Positions 13,535 to 24,790 of a stretch of DNA of 64,000 bases are shown here, piece by piece (the stretch's first letter is position 1; each line of letters starts with the position of its first letter). The position numbers and the translations under genes are program-made. The notes below the pieces were generated by a model. That model saw only the letters and a list, made by a program, of their open reading frames with translations, did no database searches and was not told where the DNA came from. Origin of the DNA: Raja brachyura (taxonomy: Eukaryota); assembly GCA_963514005.1 (NCBI GenBank), contig OY740808.1, forward strand, positions 17,608,001 to 17,672,000, read 5' to 3'.

Positions 13535-14351
13535 GTCTCCTCGGTATACAATGCAACAGTGTGAGGTGTTACATTTTGGGAATCTAACATGGGTAGGACC
13601 TGCACAGTGAACAGTAGGTCTCTGGGGAGTGTTGTAGAGCAGAGGAATCTAGGAGTGCAGGTGCATGGTTCCTTGAAGGTGGAATCGCAAGTAGATCGGG
13701 TGGTCAAAAAAGCTTTTGGTACATTGGCCTTCATCAGTCAGAGTATTTAATATAGAAGTTGGGAGGTCATGTTGCAGTTGTATAAGATGTTGGTGAGGCC
13801 ACATTTAGAGTATTGTGTTCCGTTCTGTGCACCATGTTATAGGAAAAACGTCGTCAAGCTGGCAAGGGTACAGAGAAGATTTATGAGGATGTTGCCAGGG
13901 CTAGAGGGTCTGAGCTATAAGGACAGGTTGAGTAGGCTGGGACTCTATTCCTTGGAGCGCAGGAGGATGACAGGTGATCTTATTGAGGTGTTTAAAATCA
14001 TGAGAGGGATAGATCGGGTAGATGCACAGAGTCTCTTGCCCAGAGTAGGTGAATTGAGGACCAGAGGACATGGGTTTAAGGTGAAGGGAAAGGATTTAAT
14101 AGGAATCTGAGGGGTCACTTTTTCACACAAAGAGTGGCGGGTGTATGGAACAAGCTGTCAGCAGAGGTAGTTGAGGTAGGGACTATCCCAACATTTAGTA
14201 AACAGTTAGACATGGCACAAGGATAGGACAGGCTTGGAGGGATATGAACCAAAAGCAGGCAGGTGAGACTAGTGTAGCTGGAACAGGTTGGCCAGTGTGG
14301 GCAAGTTGGGCCGAATGGCCTGTTTCCCTACTGCATCACTATATGACTCTA
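13535..14351 (+). mobile_element. CR1 LINE 3' part (second subfamily)
   Basis: [34 protein letters not shown]; tail ending atgactcta. Confidence 0.88.
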
Positions 14352-14462
14352 AGGGGTTCAATTGCAGCAGGAAACAAAAGGGATAAAAACTCTCTTGATA
14401 ACTGCATGAACTTTTGCTCATTAATCTCCAACTGATGGGTTTGTGCTTTGTTTTGGCTGCAG

Positions 14463-14685
14463 ACTACCGTCACACACCAAGGACCGTACAGGTGATCCAC
14501 AAAGCATGTCGTTGTCCTCGCAGTCGGAGGCGACCCCTGCCAGCGAGCAGATTCGCTCTGTCCTGGAACCAAAGTCCGGCCTTTTGAGCTGCGAACTGGA
14601 GTCAACAGATGACACCGACAGTTCCCAGTCCACCTGCCCACCTGCTCAAGATGATCACACACCACCACGATTCTCATTTCTGGAG
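14463..14685 (+). CDS. KIAA1671: KIAA1671 internal exon (...SLSSQSE...ELESTD...RFSFLE)
   Basis: Acceptor ttttggctgcag; donor GAG|GTAACC; phase 2 to 0. Confidence 0.9.
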
Positions 14686-14761
14686 GTAACCATGGGTGTC
14701 TGTTGCTTCAGAGTCCTTCAGTGCCTCTCTCTGCTCAGTATTCTTGAGCACCAGTAGCAAG

Positions 14762-15437
14762 AAACATCGAAAATAGGTGCAGGAATAGGCTATTCAGCAC
14801 TTCGAGCCAGCACCGCCATTCAATATAATCATGGCTGATCATCCAAAATCAGTACCCCATTCCTGCTGTTTCCCTATATCCCTTGATTCCATTAGCCCGA
14901 AGAGCAATATCTAACCATCTCTTGAAAACATCCAGTGAATTGGCCTCCACTGCCTTCTGTGGCAGAGAATTTCACAGATTCACAACTCTCTGGGTGAAAA
15001 GGTTCTTCCTCATCTCAGTCCTAAATGGCCTAACCCTTATTCTTAAACTGTGAACCCTGGTTCTGGACTCCCACAACATCGGGAACATTTTTCCTGTATC
15101 TAGCCTGTCCAATCCCTTAAGAATATTATATGTTTCTATAATATTCTCTCTCATCCTTCTAAATTCCAGTGAATACAAGCCCAGTCGACCCATTTTTTCA
15201 TCATATGTCAGTCCCGCCATCCCGGGAATGAACCTGATGAATCTATGCTGCACTCTCTCAATAGCAAGAATGTCCTTCCCCAAATTAGGAGACCAAAACT
15301 GCACACAATACTCCAGGTGTGGTCTCACCAGGGCCCTGTACAACTGCAGTAGGACCTCCTTGCTCCTATACTCAAATCCTCTCGCTATGAAGGCAAACAT
15401 GCCATTTGCCGTACCTGCATGCTTACTTTTAGCGACT
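14762..15437 (-). mobile_element. CR1 LINE 3' part
   Basis: ORF 14972..15535 encodes the RT C-terminus; CR1 tail. Confidence 0.9.
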
Positions 15438-15470
15438 GATGTAATAGCACAAGCAGGAAACAAAATGTTG

Positions 15471-15659
15471 GAACAAAGTACTGGAGTATCTTTGCGGGTC
15501 AGGCAGCATCTCTGGAGAAAATGGATAGGTGACATTTCGGGTCGGGACCCTTCTTCAGTCGCCTATCCATGTTCTCCAGAGATACTGTCTTACACGCTGA
15601 ATTACTCTATTACTCTGTGTCTTTTTGTGCGAACCATGCATCCGCAATTCCTTGTTTCG
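15471..15659. mobile_element. Short palindromic Penelope-derived insert with an 11-bp TSD
   Basis: Same family as 61742-61941; TSD acaaaa(t/c)gttg at 15460-15470 and 15660-15670. Confidence 0.75.
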
Positions 15660-16389
15660 ACAAAACGTTGATATTGTGCTAGCTTTCCACAGAACCTGCA
15701 GTTGTGAGATATTGAATGATGCCAAGGAAGATGCTTAGTCTGATGTCTAAAAGTTGGGAAGGCACTTTGTTATGAAACTTAATCAGAAATTTCTTGAATT
15801 TCTGGGACACGCATTGATGGCAACCATTCTTCTGGCCATTATAGTGAAATATTAATTTCACTATATGGCCCAGAAGAATGGTTGCCAACCATGGAGTAAA
15901 TCAAACAGAAATTGCAAATCTGTGTGTTATTACAGATTTATAGAAAGTATCTCAGCGACTAAGATGGTCTGCAGAGGGGGACAAGCAAATCAATAAGGTG
16001 CAAAGATGCTGCCAAAAATGTTAACAGTTTATCTCCAGCGACTGATTTGATGAATTTGCCTTCCATAATACATTTATTTACCAGTAGTATTCAGTGAAAA
16101 AAGTGAAGAATCCACAAGATGCCTCTAATGTGCCTGCCTGCAACCACCTGCTAAAGGTCCTTTCGATGAGTCCCACTAGCTCTGTCCCATTCTCTGTAAA
16201 TAGTTTATCCTCCTAATTTTCCCAAATACTTTTTATAGTTACAATTCGATTTCTTCCACCAACTCCTGGAAACAGTTTCTGGTTCACTCTGTCAAAATTC
16301 ATGATTTATGAGTATCTTTATAAAATATCCTCCCCACCTCTGTATTCTAAGGGAACATGCCCCATTCCCAGTACCAATTTAATGAGTAG

Positions 16390-16685
16390 GGCGGAACGAT
16401 GGGGTTGCTGCCTTAAAGTGGCAGAGACCCAGGTTCGATCCTAACTCCGGATGCAGTTTATATGGAGTTTGTACGTTCTCCCTGTGACACTGTGGGTTTT
16501 CTCCGGGTGCTCAGGTTTCTTCCCACACTCCAAAGACGTACAGATTTGTAGGTTAATTGGTTTTATTTGAAAAAAAAATGTAAATTGTCCCTAGTATGTA
16601 AGATAGTGCTGGTGTACGGGGTGATCACTGGTCTGCGCATACTAGCTGGACCGAACGGCTTGTTTCTGCGCTGTATCTCTAAAGT
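16390..16685 (+). mobile_element. HE1-like V-SINE
   Basis: B box ggttcgatcc, V-domain and CR1-like tail tgtttctgcgctgtatctctaaa. Confidence 0.8.
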
Positions 16686-17150
16686 CTCATCTTTTCTTGA
16701 GAGACCAAACAGAAGGTGTGGTGCCCAGAATTAAGTAAAACATGCCCAGGTTAGTCATTATGAGCATCTTGAAGGTTTCCCAGTACCTCACTGGTTCTGT
16801 TCTCTGTCTTTACATAGTGATCCCATTGCCTTTTAACAGTCTATCTGACCTATCCAAGTTTGTATTTAACAAACTAATTATATTCCATTTCGTATACTAT
16901 TTGTCACAGAATTCCAAAGTGCATAATCGAGCCATATGTCCCAGCAACCTGTGCTAGAATTGATGTTCCTCATGAGCTTCACATTGGGTAGCATTAAATA
17001 ATTATGTTAGGAAAAATGCAACTTAAGGTAGTAAATGCTGGAAGCACTCTGGTTGTGGCAGCATCTCTGGAAAGAGAAAGAGAGTTCATGTTTCAGGGTG
17101 AAAACCATAGAGTTGAGCATTGACTGCTTTCTCCACATCTCTCCACCCAG

Positions 17151-17322
17151 CCGGTGACCACCCTGGACAGTTGTGCCCAGAAGAGCCGCATCCAGCTCAG
17201 CAGGAAGACGATTCGTCGGGCACCAACAAAGCACAGGAAGGGGGGCGTGGGGGACTACTGCGACGGCTCAGACCAATTGCTGGAAACAAGTCTGGAAGCC
17301 AACATGTACAAAGACTCAACGG
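17151..17322 (+). CDS. KIAA1671: KIAA1671 internal exon (PVTTLDSCAQKSRIQLSRKTIRRAP...MYKDST)
   Basis: Acceptor ctctccacccag; donor G|GTAAGG; phase 0 to 1; core tankyrase-binding C-terminal motif. Confidence 0.92.
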
Positions 17323-17728
17323 GTAAGGCTGGGGTCAAGCGGGGAGGAAAGACCTTAGCTAACCGAGAAAAGTCAATGTAAGGAGTAAATATACAGTCTA
17401 TTCCTAAAGATGGCAAATCTTTACACATAAGAGCTCAAGACAAAAGGCAGAGCTGGCCACTCGGCCCTTCATGCTTGCCCTACCACTCAGTGTGATCATG
17501 GCTGATCTACCTAGGGTCCCAACTCCTCCTTTGTGCCCAATCACCAAAACTGTTAGTCCTCTGATCTCTTAAAAATGTATCTATCTCCACTTCAAATTAT
17601 TTTATGAGGGAGGGGTGGAGAATGTCTATGTCAGTTCACTGCAACTGTTTATGAAGACTAAAGGGAAGAAAATGAGCAGAGCCAAAGTACATATCTATCA
17701 TATGCAAAAATTATCCTTTTCTCAACAG

Positions 17729-17850
17729 AACCCAGGCCATTTGACCTTGGAGAATTGACCACACAGGAGATCAAAGCATGTGAGAAACCTCCAGTGTCAC
17801 ACTGTCAAAAAGTTGCAATGTTTCCTGGGATGGATCCTGCGGTACTGAAG
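17729..17850 (+). CDS. KIAA1671: KIAA1671 internal exon (...VAMFPGMDPAVLK)
   Basis: Acceptor ccttttctcaacag; donor AAG|GTAAAG; phase 1 to 0. Confidence 0.92.
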
Positions 17851-18362
17851 GTAAAGTTCTGTGAAGTTCTGACTGCTGTCTTAATATAAATGGGACATTA
17901 ATGTCCCGCCAAAAGGGGATTTCTCACTGTGTTCAGATTCCAGTTTGCAACGTGAGACAGGCCTGGATAAGGAGCTGGTGCCTTCTGTGCCCTAGTACAC
18001 TTCTGTCCCTTGGAAACGTTACATTCCCTGAGTGGGGGACAATTGCCACATGAACAAAACCTGCAGTGTTTGCACCTCAAGTTTCCGTCCACAAACATCA
18101 AGAATGGACTTGATGGGCTAAATGCTTGCCTACTCTGCAGGAACAATTCCATGATCCTTGAAGGTCAAAGCTCCATCTGTCCTCTCAGGCTGTTGTATGA
18201 AATCCAATGCCACAAAGTCAGCTACAGTTTTTGGAAATATTTATATATAACCACTATCTGAAGCATACTATGTAAAGCAAGCTATGGAAACGTTGCCCCG
18301 TGTAAGTATTTTCATTGGGGCCCCCGACATAGTCGAGCTGCAGAGAACCCTGACCCTAGTTG

Positions 18363-20408
18363 ATATACAAAAAAACCTGGAATAACTCAGTGGGACAGGC
18401 AGCATCTCTGGACAGAAGGGATAGGTGATGTTTCGGGTCGAGACCCTTCTTCAGGTTAGGGATAAGGGAAACGAGAGATATTGACGATGATGTGGAGAGA
18501 TAAAGAACAATGAATGAACGGTGCAAAAAAGTAACGATGATAAAGGAAACGGGCCATTGTTAGTTGTTTGTAGGGTGAAAATGAGAAGCTAGTGCGACTT
18601 GGGTGGGGGAGGGATAAAGAGAGAGGGAATGCCGGGGCTACCTGAAGTGAGAAAAATTGATATTCATACCATAGAAACATAGAACATAGGTGCACGAGTA
18701 GGCCATTCGTACCACTGGGCTGTCCAAGAGAAATATGAGATGCTGTTCCTCCAATTTGCGTTTAGGCTCACTCTGACAATGGAGGAGACCTGGGACAGAA
18801 AGGTCTGTGTAGGAATGGGAAGGAGAATTAAATTGTCCAGCAACCGGGAGATCAGGGTGGTTCAGGCGGGCTGAGCGAAGGTGTTCCACGAAACAATCGC
18901 CCAGTCTGCGTTTAGTCTCACCGATATATAAGAGTCCACATCTTGAACAACGGATACAGTAGATGAGGTTGGAGGAGCTGCAAGTGAACCTCTGCCTCAC
19001 CTGAAAGAAAGGTTGGGGTCCAGAGTTGAGGGAGGAGATATAGCGACAGGTGTTGCAGGGGAAGGTGCCTAGCGAGGGGGTGGTTTGGGTGGGAAGGGAT
19101 GACAACCAGGGAGTAACGGAGGGCACGGTCTGTGCAGAAGGTGGAAAGATGGGAAAATGTGGGTAGCGATGGTATCCCTTTGGAGGTGGCGGAAATTTCG
19201 GGGGATTAAGTGTTGTATGCGACAGCTGATGGGGTGGAAGGTAAGGACTAGGGGGGGTCTCTGTTGCGACCAGGGGGAGGGGGAGCAAGGGTGGTGCTGC
19301 GGGGTACCGAGGAGACACGGGTGAGGGCCTCATCTATGATGGGAGAGGGGAACCCCCGTTCCCTAAAGAATGAGAACATCTCGGATGTCCAAGGTATGGA
19401 ACACCTCATCTTGGGCACAGATACGGAGTAGACGGAGGAAGTGGGAGTAGGAGATAGAGTCTTTGCAGGTAGCAGGATGGGAAGAAGTGTAGTCGAGATA
19501 GTTGTGGGAGTCATTGGGTTTGTAATAGACATCATTCAATAGTCTATTTCTTGTGATGGTGACTGTGAGATCAACAAAGTGGAGGGAGGTGTTGGAGCTC
19601 ATTCAAGTAAATTTGAGTGCAGGATGAAAATTGGTGGTCAAGTTGATGAAGTCCATGAGTTCTGCATGGGTGCAGGAGGTAGCACCGATGCAGTCATCAA
19701 TGTAATGGAGATGGAGTTCGAGGATAGGGCCAGTGTAAGCCTGGAACAGGGATTGTTCAAAGTACCCTACAAAGAGGCAGGCAAAGTTAGGGCTCCTGTG
19801 GCTGCCCATACCTACGCCTTGGACTTGGAGGAAGTGGGAAGAGTCAAAGGAGAGGTTGTTGAGGATGAGGAGCAGCTCCGTTGGGTGGAGTAGAGTGTTA
19901 GTTGCTATATTTAAGAGGAAGTTAGATGTGGCCCTTGTGGCTAAGGGGATCAGAGGGTATGGAGAGAAGGCAGGTACGGGATACTGAGTTGGATGATCAG
20001 CCATGATCATATTGAATGGCGGTGCAGGCTCGAAGGGCCGAATGGCCTACTCCTGCACCTAATTTCTATGTTTCTAAGAAATTGGATGGTTCTGCGGTCG
20101 AGGAAGAAACGGAGGACTTTAAGGTCTTCATGGTGGGGGATGGAGGTGTAGAGTGACTGAACGTCCATAGTAAAGATGAGGGAGTGGGGGCTCGGAAAAC
20201 AAGTCATTAAAGAGACAAAGGCATGTGAGGTATCTTGGACATAGGTCGGGTGAGATTAGACCGGGGGGGGTGGGGGGGGAGATAGGGTGGAGTCGAGGTA
20301 CGTGACTCTCAATATTCTCTCCAGAGATGCTGCCGGTCCTGCTGAGTTACTCCAGTGTTTTTGTGTCTATCTATGGTTTAAACCAGCATCTGCAGTTCTT
20401 TCTTGCAT
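18363..20408 (-). mobile_element. Penelope-like retroelement (RT plus GIY-YIG endonuclease), 5'-truncated with an inverted terminal repeat
   Basis: Fragments TMDVQSLYTSIPH, GVGMGS..SPNFACLF, YIDDCIG, VYYKPNDSHNYLDYTSSHP and NLIYCIRCSRCGLLYIGETKRRL..FVEH; inverted terminal copies at about 18365-18455 and 20315-20405; TSD ct(g/a)accctagttg at 18350-18362 and 20409-20421. Confidence 0.92.
19901..20077 (+). mobile_element. CR1 3' end inserted into the Penelope RT
   Basis: The CR1 tail interrupts the Penelope ORF between RRTIQF and NTLL. Confidence 0.85.
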
Positions 20409-21849
20409 CTAACCCTAGTTGCACGGAAACCGGTTTTGTCAAATCCTGTCTCAGCACAAATCATGGGAGCATCTAGTGGTAAATGTTGGAAACGCAAATA
20501 AGTCTCAGAATTTATTTTTGAAAGGCACTTAGTCTTTTTTAAAGTCATAATTTGTATAAAACCCTGATTGCCTGAACCCAAGGGGCAACAGCAGCCCTGT
20601 TACCTGCTCCTGTTTATTAAGGACGTGTGCATGGAAGGAACTAACGTTATTGTTCAGGCCAATTGTTATCATCAGAACTTTTATGATAAAAGATTGTTAA
20701 AAAGTCAATTTGAAATGTGTCTTTATATTATCGCCTCAGCCTGACCCACTTAATATCTCCAGCAATTTCTACTTTTATTATCAAATGTAAAAATGATTGA
20801 CACATGTATAAAATGTTATTTCAAACTGGCACAGTTCATAGCAATGCCACACTACAGGTAATGTGTATTATTTTAGAGTTTTAAAAGGACGTGGTCACAT
20901 TTCGCAGTGCTCGGAGAACATTGAGGGTGGGGGGAGATAAACTGAGACCGAGAAATAAAAATAGTGGAAAATAAAAAAACTGATCTGGGAAATGCTAAAA
21001 CACACATTAATAAAGAAACGGCATGTACGGGTTTACAAACAAAGACAAAGTGCAGGAGTAACTCAGCGGGTCAGGCAGCATTTCTGGAAAAGGGCTTCTC
21101 CAGAGATGCTGCCTGACCCACACATCACTGAATATTGCCACACAGATGAAAATTAAACCAAATGTAGGGTTTATTTCTGCAGGATAGCATTGAAATTGAG
21201 AAGTATGCTGAACTTTGGTTACACTATGCCTGGAACTCCAGTAATAAAAGGAGAGGGTAATCCCTGAATTTTGTGTATTTGCTGCAGGGAAGGATAACAC
21301 ACCTGCCCTGCAGAAGGGCCCCAACATGAATGGTTATCTGTTCATTTCCTCCACTGATGCTGCCTGACCCGCTGAATATCTCTAGCACTTTGTGCTTTGC
21401 TCAAGATCCCAGCATCTGCGGTCTCTTGTGTCTAGATCTTAACAATTTTGAAAACTTTTAAAGACCAGAGTAGACAAGAGGTTTGTGAGGTAGGGCAAAT
21501 ATAAGCTGCAAAAAAAATCAATTGAGGAAGTTAGATGAAAGCTTTTAACCCAGAGTGGTGAGTGTGTGGAACTCACAGCTGGAAGAGTGGTGCAGTGGCA
21601 GTGAGTGGATCAGCTGCCTCCCAGCTTAGACAACCTGAATCATCACAGCCTTTGCTGTTATTAATTTAGAGTTTTCACAGTCTCCTTGCACATTATGGTT
21701 CCTCCCACCCCAAACACATGTGGGATGATATGTTGATTGGGCACTAAAAATTGCCCCTAGTATGTTGGTGAGTGTTTGAATGAGGTGGTGTTGATGGGAA
21801 TGTGGAAAAAATAAAATGGGATTAGTGTAAATAGGAACTTGATGATGTA

Positions 21850-22009
21850 TCTATGAAACCTATGATTGCCCTGACTTCAGTCTGAAGAAAGGTCTTGACC
21901 CGATACGTCACTCATTCCTTTTCTCCAGAGATGCTGCCTGTCCCGCTGAGCTACTTCAGCATTGTGTGTCTATCTTCGATTTAAACCAGCACCTGCAGTA
22001 CCTTCCTAC
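21850..22009 (+). mobile_element. Penelope pLTR fragment with an HHR-like motif
   Basis: agtCTGAAGAaaggtcttgacccGATACGTCactc; flanked by cttgatgat direct repeats. Confidence 0.7.
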
Positions 22010-22959
22010 TCTTGATGATTTGCATGGATTCAGTGGGTCAAAGAGCCTGTTTTTTTGCTGGATACTTCCATGATTTTGAGTGTTTGAGGCCATCAATTTG
22101 TTTGTATTTATGGAGAAGTAAGTTGACCATGTGAAAGAGAAGGACATGCAGCGTTAATGCTGAGGAGAGAGGGGAAGGATTAGATGAGGTCAGTTGCTGC
22201 CCAAACACAGGCCTGTTTCTGCTTGTGTGCGCTGCAGCATGTGTAATAGTTTGCAACTGAATTTATGTTCTGTGGGACCAAAAGACAGAGAGGAGAGTTT
22301 ACCTCATTTTCTTAAATGTTAAGAAGCTTGGACAATGTAATGCGCGCATGTCATTAGCTTGGATGGAGCTAAACCCCAGAAGGGACGAGCATATCATGGA
22401 CAATGTTGAACAAGGTTTGAAATTAGATTGAAATGTTTAAACTTGCAAATGAATCAAATAGATTCCCAGAGAAAGTGATTAATGCAGCATCAACTCATCC
22501 TCTGAAATAGAACTGTTTGAATAACTAGATCAATACAGGAATTATGGTTATGAGGACAATGAGTGTCAGCAATATCCAAAGGTCATTTAGACCAGAATGG
22601 ATTCTGAACTGCCTAAATGCTGCACATCCCAGGTGAAATCTGATTGAGATCACATTGTGTTGAATGAGAGGTCAGACTGATGTTTGAGTTTGATTTATGT
22701 TCTTAGAGGGCAGAAGGATGTCTATAAACCCACTAAGGTGATTAAATGAGTGAGGTGGAGCATATAACAGGTTACCCTATTGACAGTGTTTAGTAGCTTT
22801 ATGTTGAGGTGGAGTTGCACAGTTAAACCTGAACCCACAGCCACACACACTTCACACGCATTACCGTTCCTCAGGTGATTGCTGTCTCCTGGTATTGTTA
22901 TTGAACCCATGGCCATCGTGGCTGCGTCTGGTGACTCGAGTTCTGTTTCCTATGCCTAG

Positions 22960-23081
22960 GCCGGTCTGCGGAAAACTCGACCAGCGGGTGAAGATGTGGA
23001 TGAATCGAATTCCAAATCTTGCAAGCTTACTTCCCAGCAAAGTTTCAGAGTTCTGCCGCCAACAAACGGCAAAGGGGAAGG
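22960..23081 (+). CDS. KIAA1671: KIAA1671 internal exon (AGLRKTRP...SFRVLPPTNGKGE)
   Basis: Acceptor tttcctatgcctag; donor GG|GTAAGC; phase 0 to 2. Confidence 0.88.
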
Positions 23082-23283
23082 GTAAGCAAACATTTTCCAT
23101 CGCAGCCTTTGAGTCTTTTCCCGCCTTTTGCTGGCATTTATTTCCTGAGCTAAGAAGCCATGCGGAGATGTTTCCAGCCTCTCTCAATGTCTCTTTGCCG
23201 GCATCAGTACATGCAATCACCTCGAGGATGCTCCTGCCACCTACTGGTTGCAACATAATCTAGTCGGGCCCCTGCGATCCCAA

Positions 23284-23499
23284 CAATAGACAATAGGTGC
23301 AGGAGTAGGCCATTTGGCCCTTCGAGCCAGCACCACCATTCAATGTGATCATGGCTGATCATCCCCAATCAGTACCCCGTTCCTGATTTCTCCCCATATC
23401 CCCTGACTCCGCTATCTTTAAGAGCACTATCTAGCTCTCTCTTGAAAGCATCCAGAGAACCTGCCTCCACCGCCCTCTGAGGCGGAGAATTCCACAGAC
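23284..23499 (-). mobile_element. CR1 3' end
   Basis: LWNS.PQRAVEAGSLDAFKRELD..GYGEK; tail. Confidence 0.85.
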
Positions 23500-23630
23500 T
23501 GGGATTAGTCTGAATCGGGCTTTGAGTTGATGAAGAAAATCCCACGAGAGTGTTTACCATTTCAGACAGCTTTTACTTTCAAGTTTATGTCATTGTAATG
23601 ACACGTTGGTATTTTCATTTTCCCCATTAG

Positions 23631-23707
23631 ATCCGAAGTAGTGGTTCCTTCATGGTTACAGGAGCTAAAATCAAAGAAAAGATTGAGTCAGCTTCATTCT
23701 CCTTCAG
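23631..23707 (+). CDS. KIAA1671: KIAA1671 penultimate coding exon (SEVVVPSWLQELKSKKRLSQLHSPS)
   Basis: Acceptor ttttccccattag; WLxELKSKKR motif; donor CAG|GTAGGT. Confidence 0.88.
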
Positions 23708-24782
23708 GTAGGTACAACCTGTGACAGTCCATCAATTGGTTCAAGTCGAATTTCCCTGTCTGATACAATTCTGAAGATTGGATTGTTAATCTATAAGATT
23801 ATGAGATGATCGCAGAAATAAATCGACTGATTTATAACATTCAACATTCAATTACATCTCGGCAAAGTCAGAAGAGAGGTAGCAGCACTATCAAAGTCTG
23901 AAGACAGCAGGGCGAACTGAACTGTCATGGTGTTTGTTGGAGAGAGAACACAACTATGTCAATGTTTAACCTGGTGAAGTTGTATGGCCTTTGTTACTCT
24001 GACTTGGCATCAGATTTGCACTTTATTGTTCTGCATTCATTAGAATGAATTTACAGGAATAACTTTCTATTGTACTGCTGCCAATTTCTTCCTATAACAA
24101 ATCACCAGTCATTTTTTACATGGAGTTAAATCAGTTTCAACTATGAGCAGAGAAGAATAGATTATCAATAGAGTGGATTCAGGATTTTTTTAAAATCCAA
24201 CCCCATACATACTTAGAGGGGTGACCTCAATCATCTCCAATTGTTGATCTTCACACTAAGTTGCTGATAACTGATGTCTAACTCAAGTGTCCAGCAAATG
24301 TGCAAATAAGCAGAGTATTCTGCAAATTTGTTGAATTAGCCTCAATTGCTGAAATGTTCTCAAATAAATAATTAATGTGTGAGATGGCAGTACTGAGAGC
24401 CATCTGAGACACAAACAATATTGTTGGGAGAAATATACAAAGATCATATGCCAAGATCATAATTAGGCTCCACTGTGGAGATCTGCTGCTTCCGAATTTA
24501 GATCCTGATCTTAAAGTAGGAATCTTGCATCTAACTGGGGAGTATTTTCTGTCGTACACAAGAGGGGGCACTTGGGCAATAGGTGAATTTGTGTTGGCAG
24601 CCATGAGACTGGAGGCCTGGGTTGTGTGATGAATGGGTGAGTTGTGCCCATTAGCAGCAGTTACAGGAGCAGTAAATGTCAATTTGTGGAAAAATCGTTG
24701 ACAGATTCAGGGAAATTGGAATGTCTCAATTGAGCAAGTTTTCTTTCTAATACCAAAATATCTGGTTTATTTTGTTTTTCAG

Positions 24783-24790
24783 ACCAATGA
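24783..24790 (+). CDS. KIAA1671: KIAA1671 probable terminal exon, coding part (D-Q-stop), followed by 3' UTR
   Basis: Strong acceptor ttttgtttttcag; phase-1 join gives GAC CAA TGA. A repeat-poor AT-rich stretch follows, with AATAAA at 26543 and 26855. Confidence 0.6.

Larger units (their letters stand above)
13066..24790 (+). other. KIAA1671: KIAA1671 gene, 3' part (7 coding exons in window; tankyrase-1-binding protein C-terminal-like domain)
   Basis: Exons 13066-13259, 14463-14685, 17151-17322, 17729-17850, 22960-23081, 23631-23707 and 24783-24790 join in frame with GT-AG sites (918 nt). Motifs KDTDALVQE, FSFLE, LDSCAQKSRIQLSRK..RRAP, MYKDST, FPGMDPAVLK, RVLP and WLQELKSKKR match the recalled KIAA1671 C-terminus. 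Synteny with CRYBB3/CRYBB2 favours KIAA1671 over its relative TNKS1BP1. Confidence 0.9.

Noticed and set aside
21183-21256. Possible KIAA1671 exon after ttatttctgcag
   Set aside because: The peptide has no resemblance to KIAA1671, and the gene already joins in frame from 17850 to 22960.
22895-23263. Overlapping 122-aa and 131-aa ORFs
   Set aside because: The real KIAA1671 exon (22960-23081) is in a different frame; these are by-products.
24556-24571. CTCF-like motif cacaagagggggcac
   Set aside because: About three mismatches in the 5' half of the consensus; not supportable without ChIP data.
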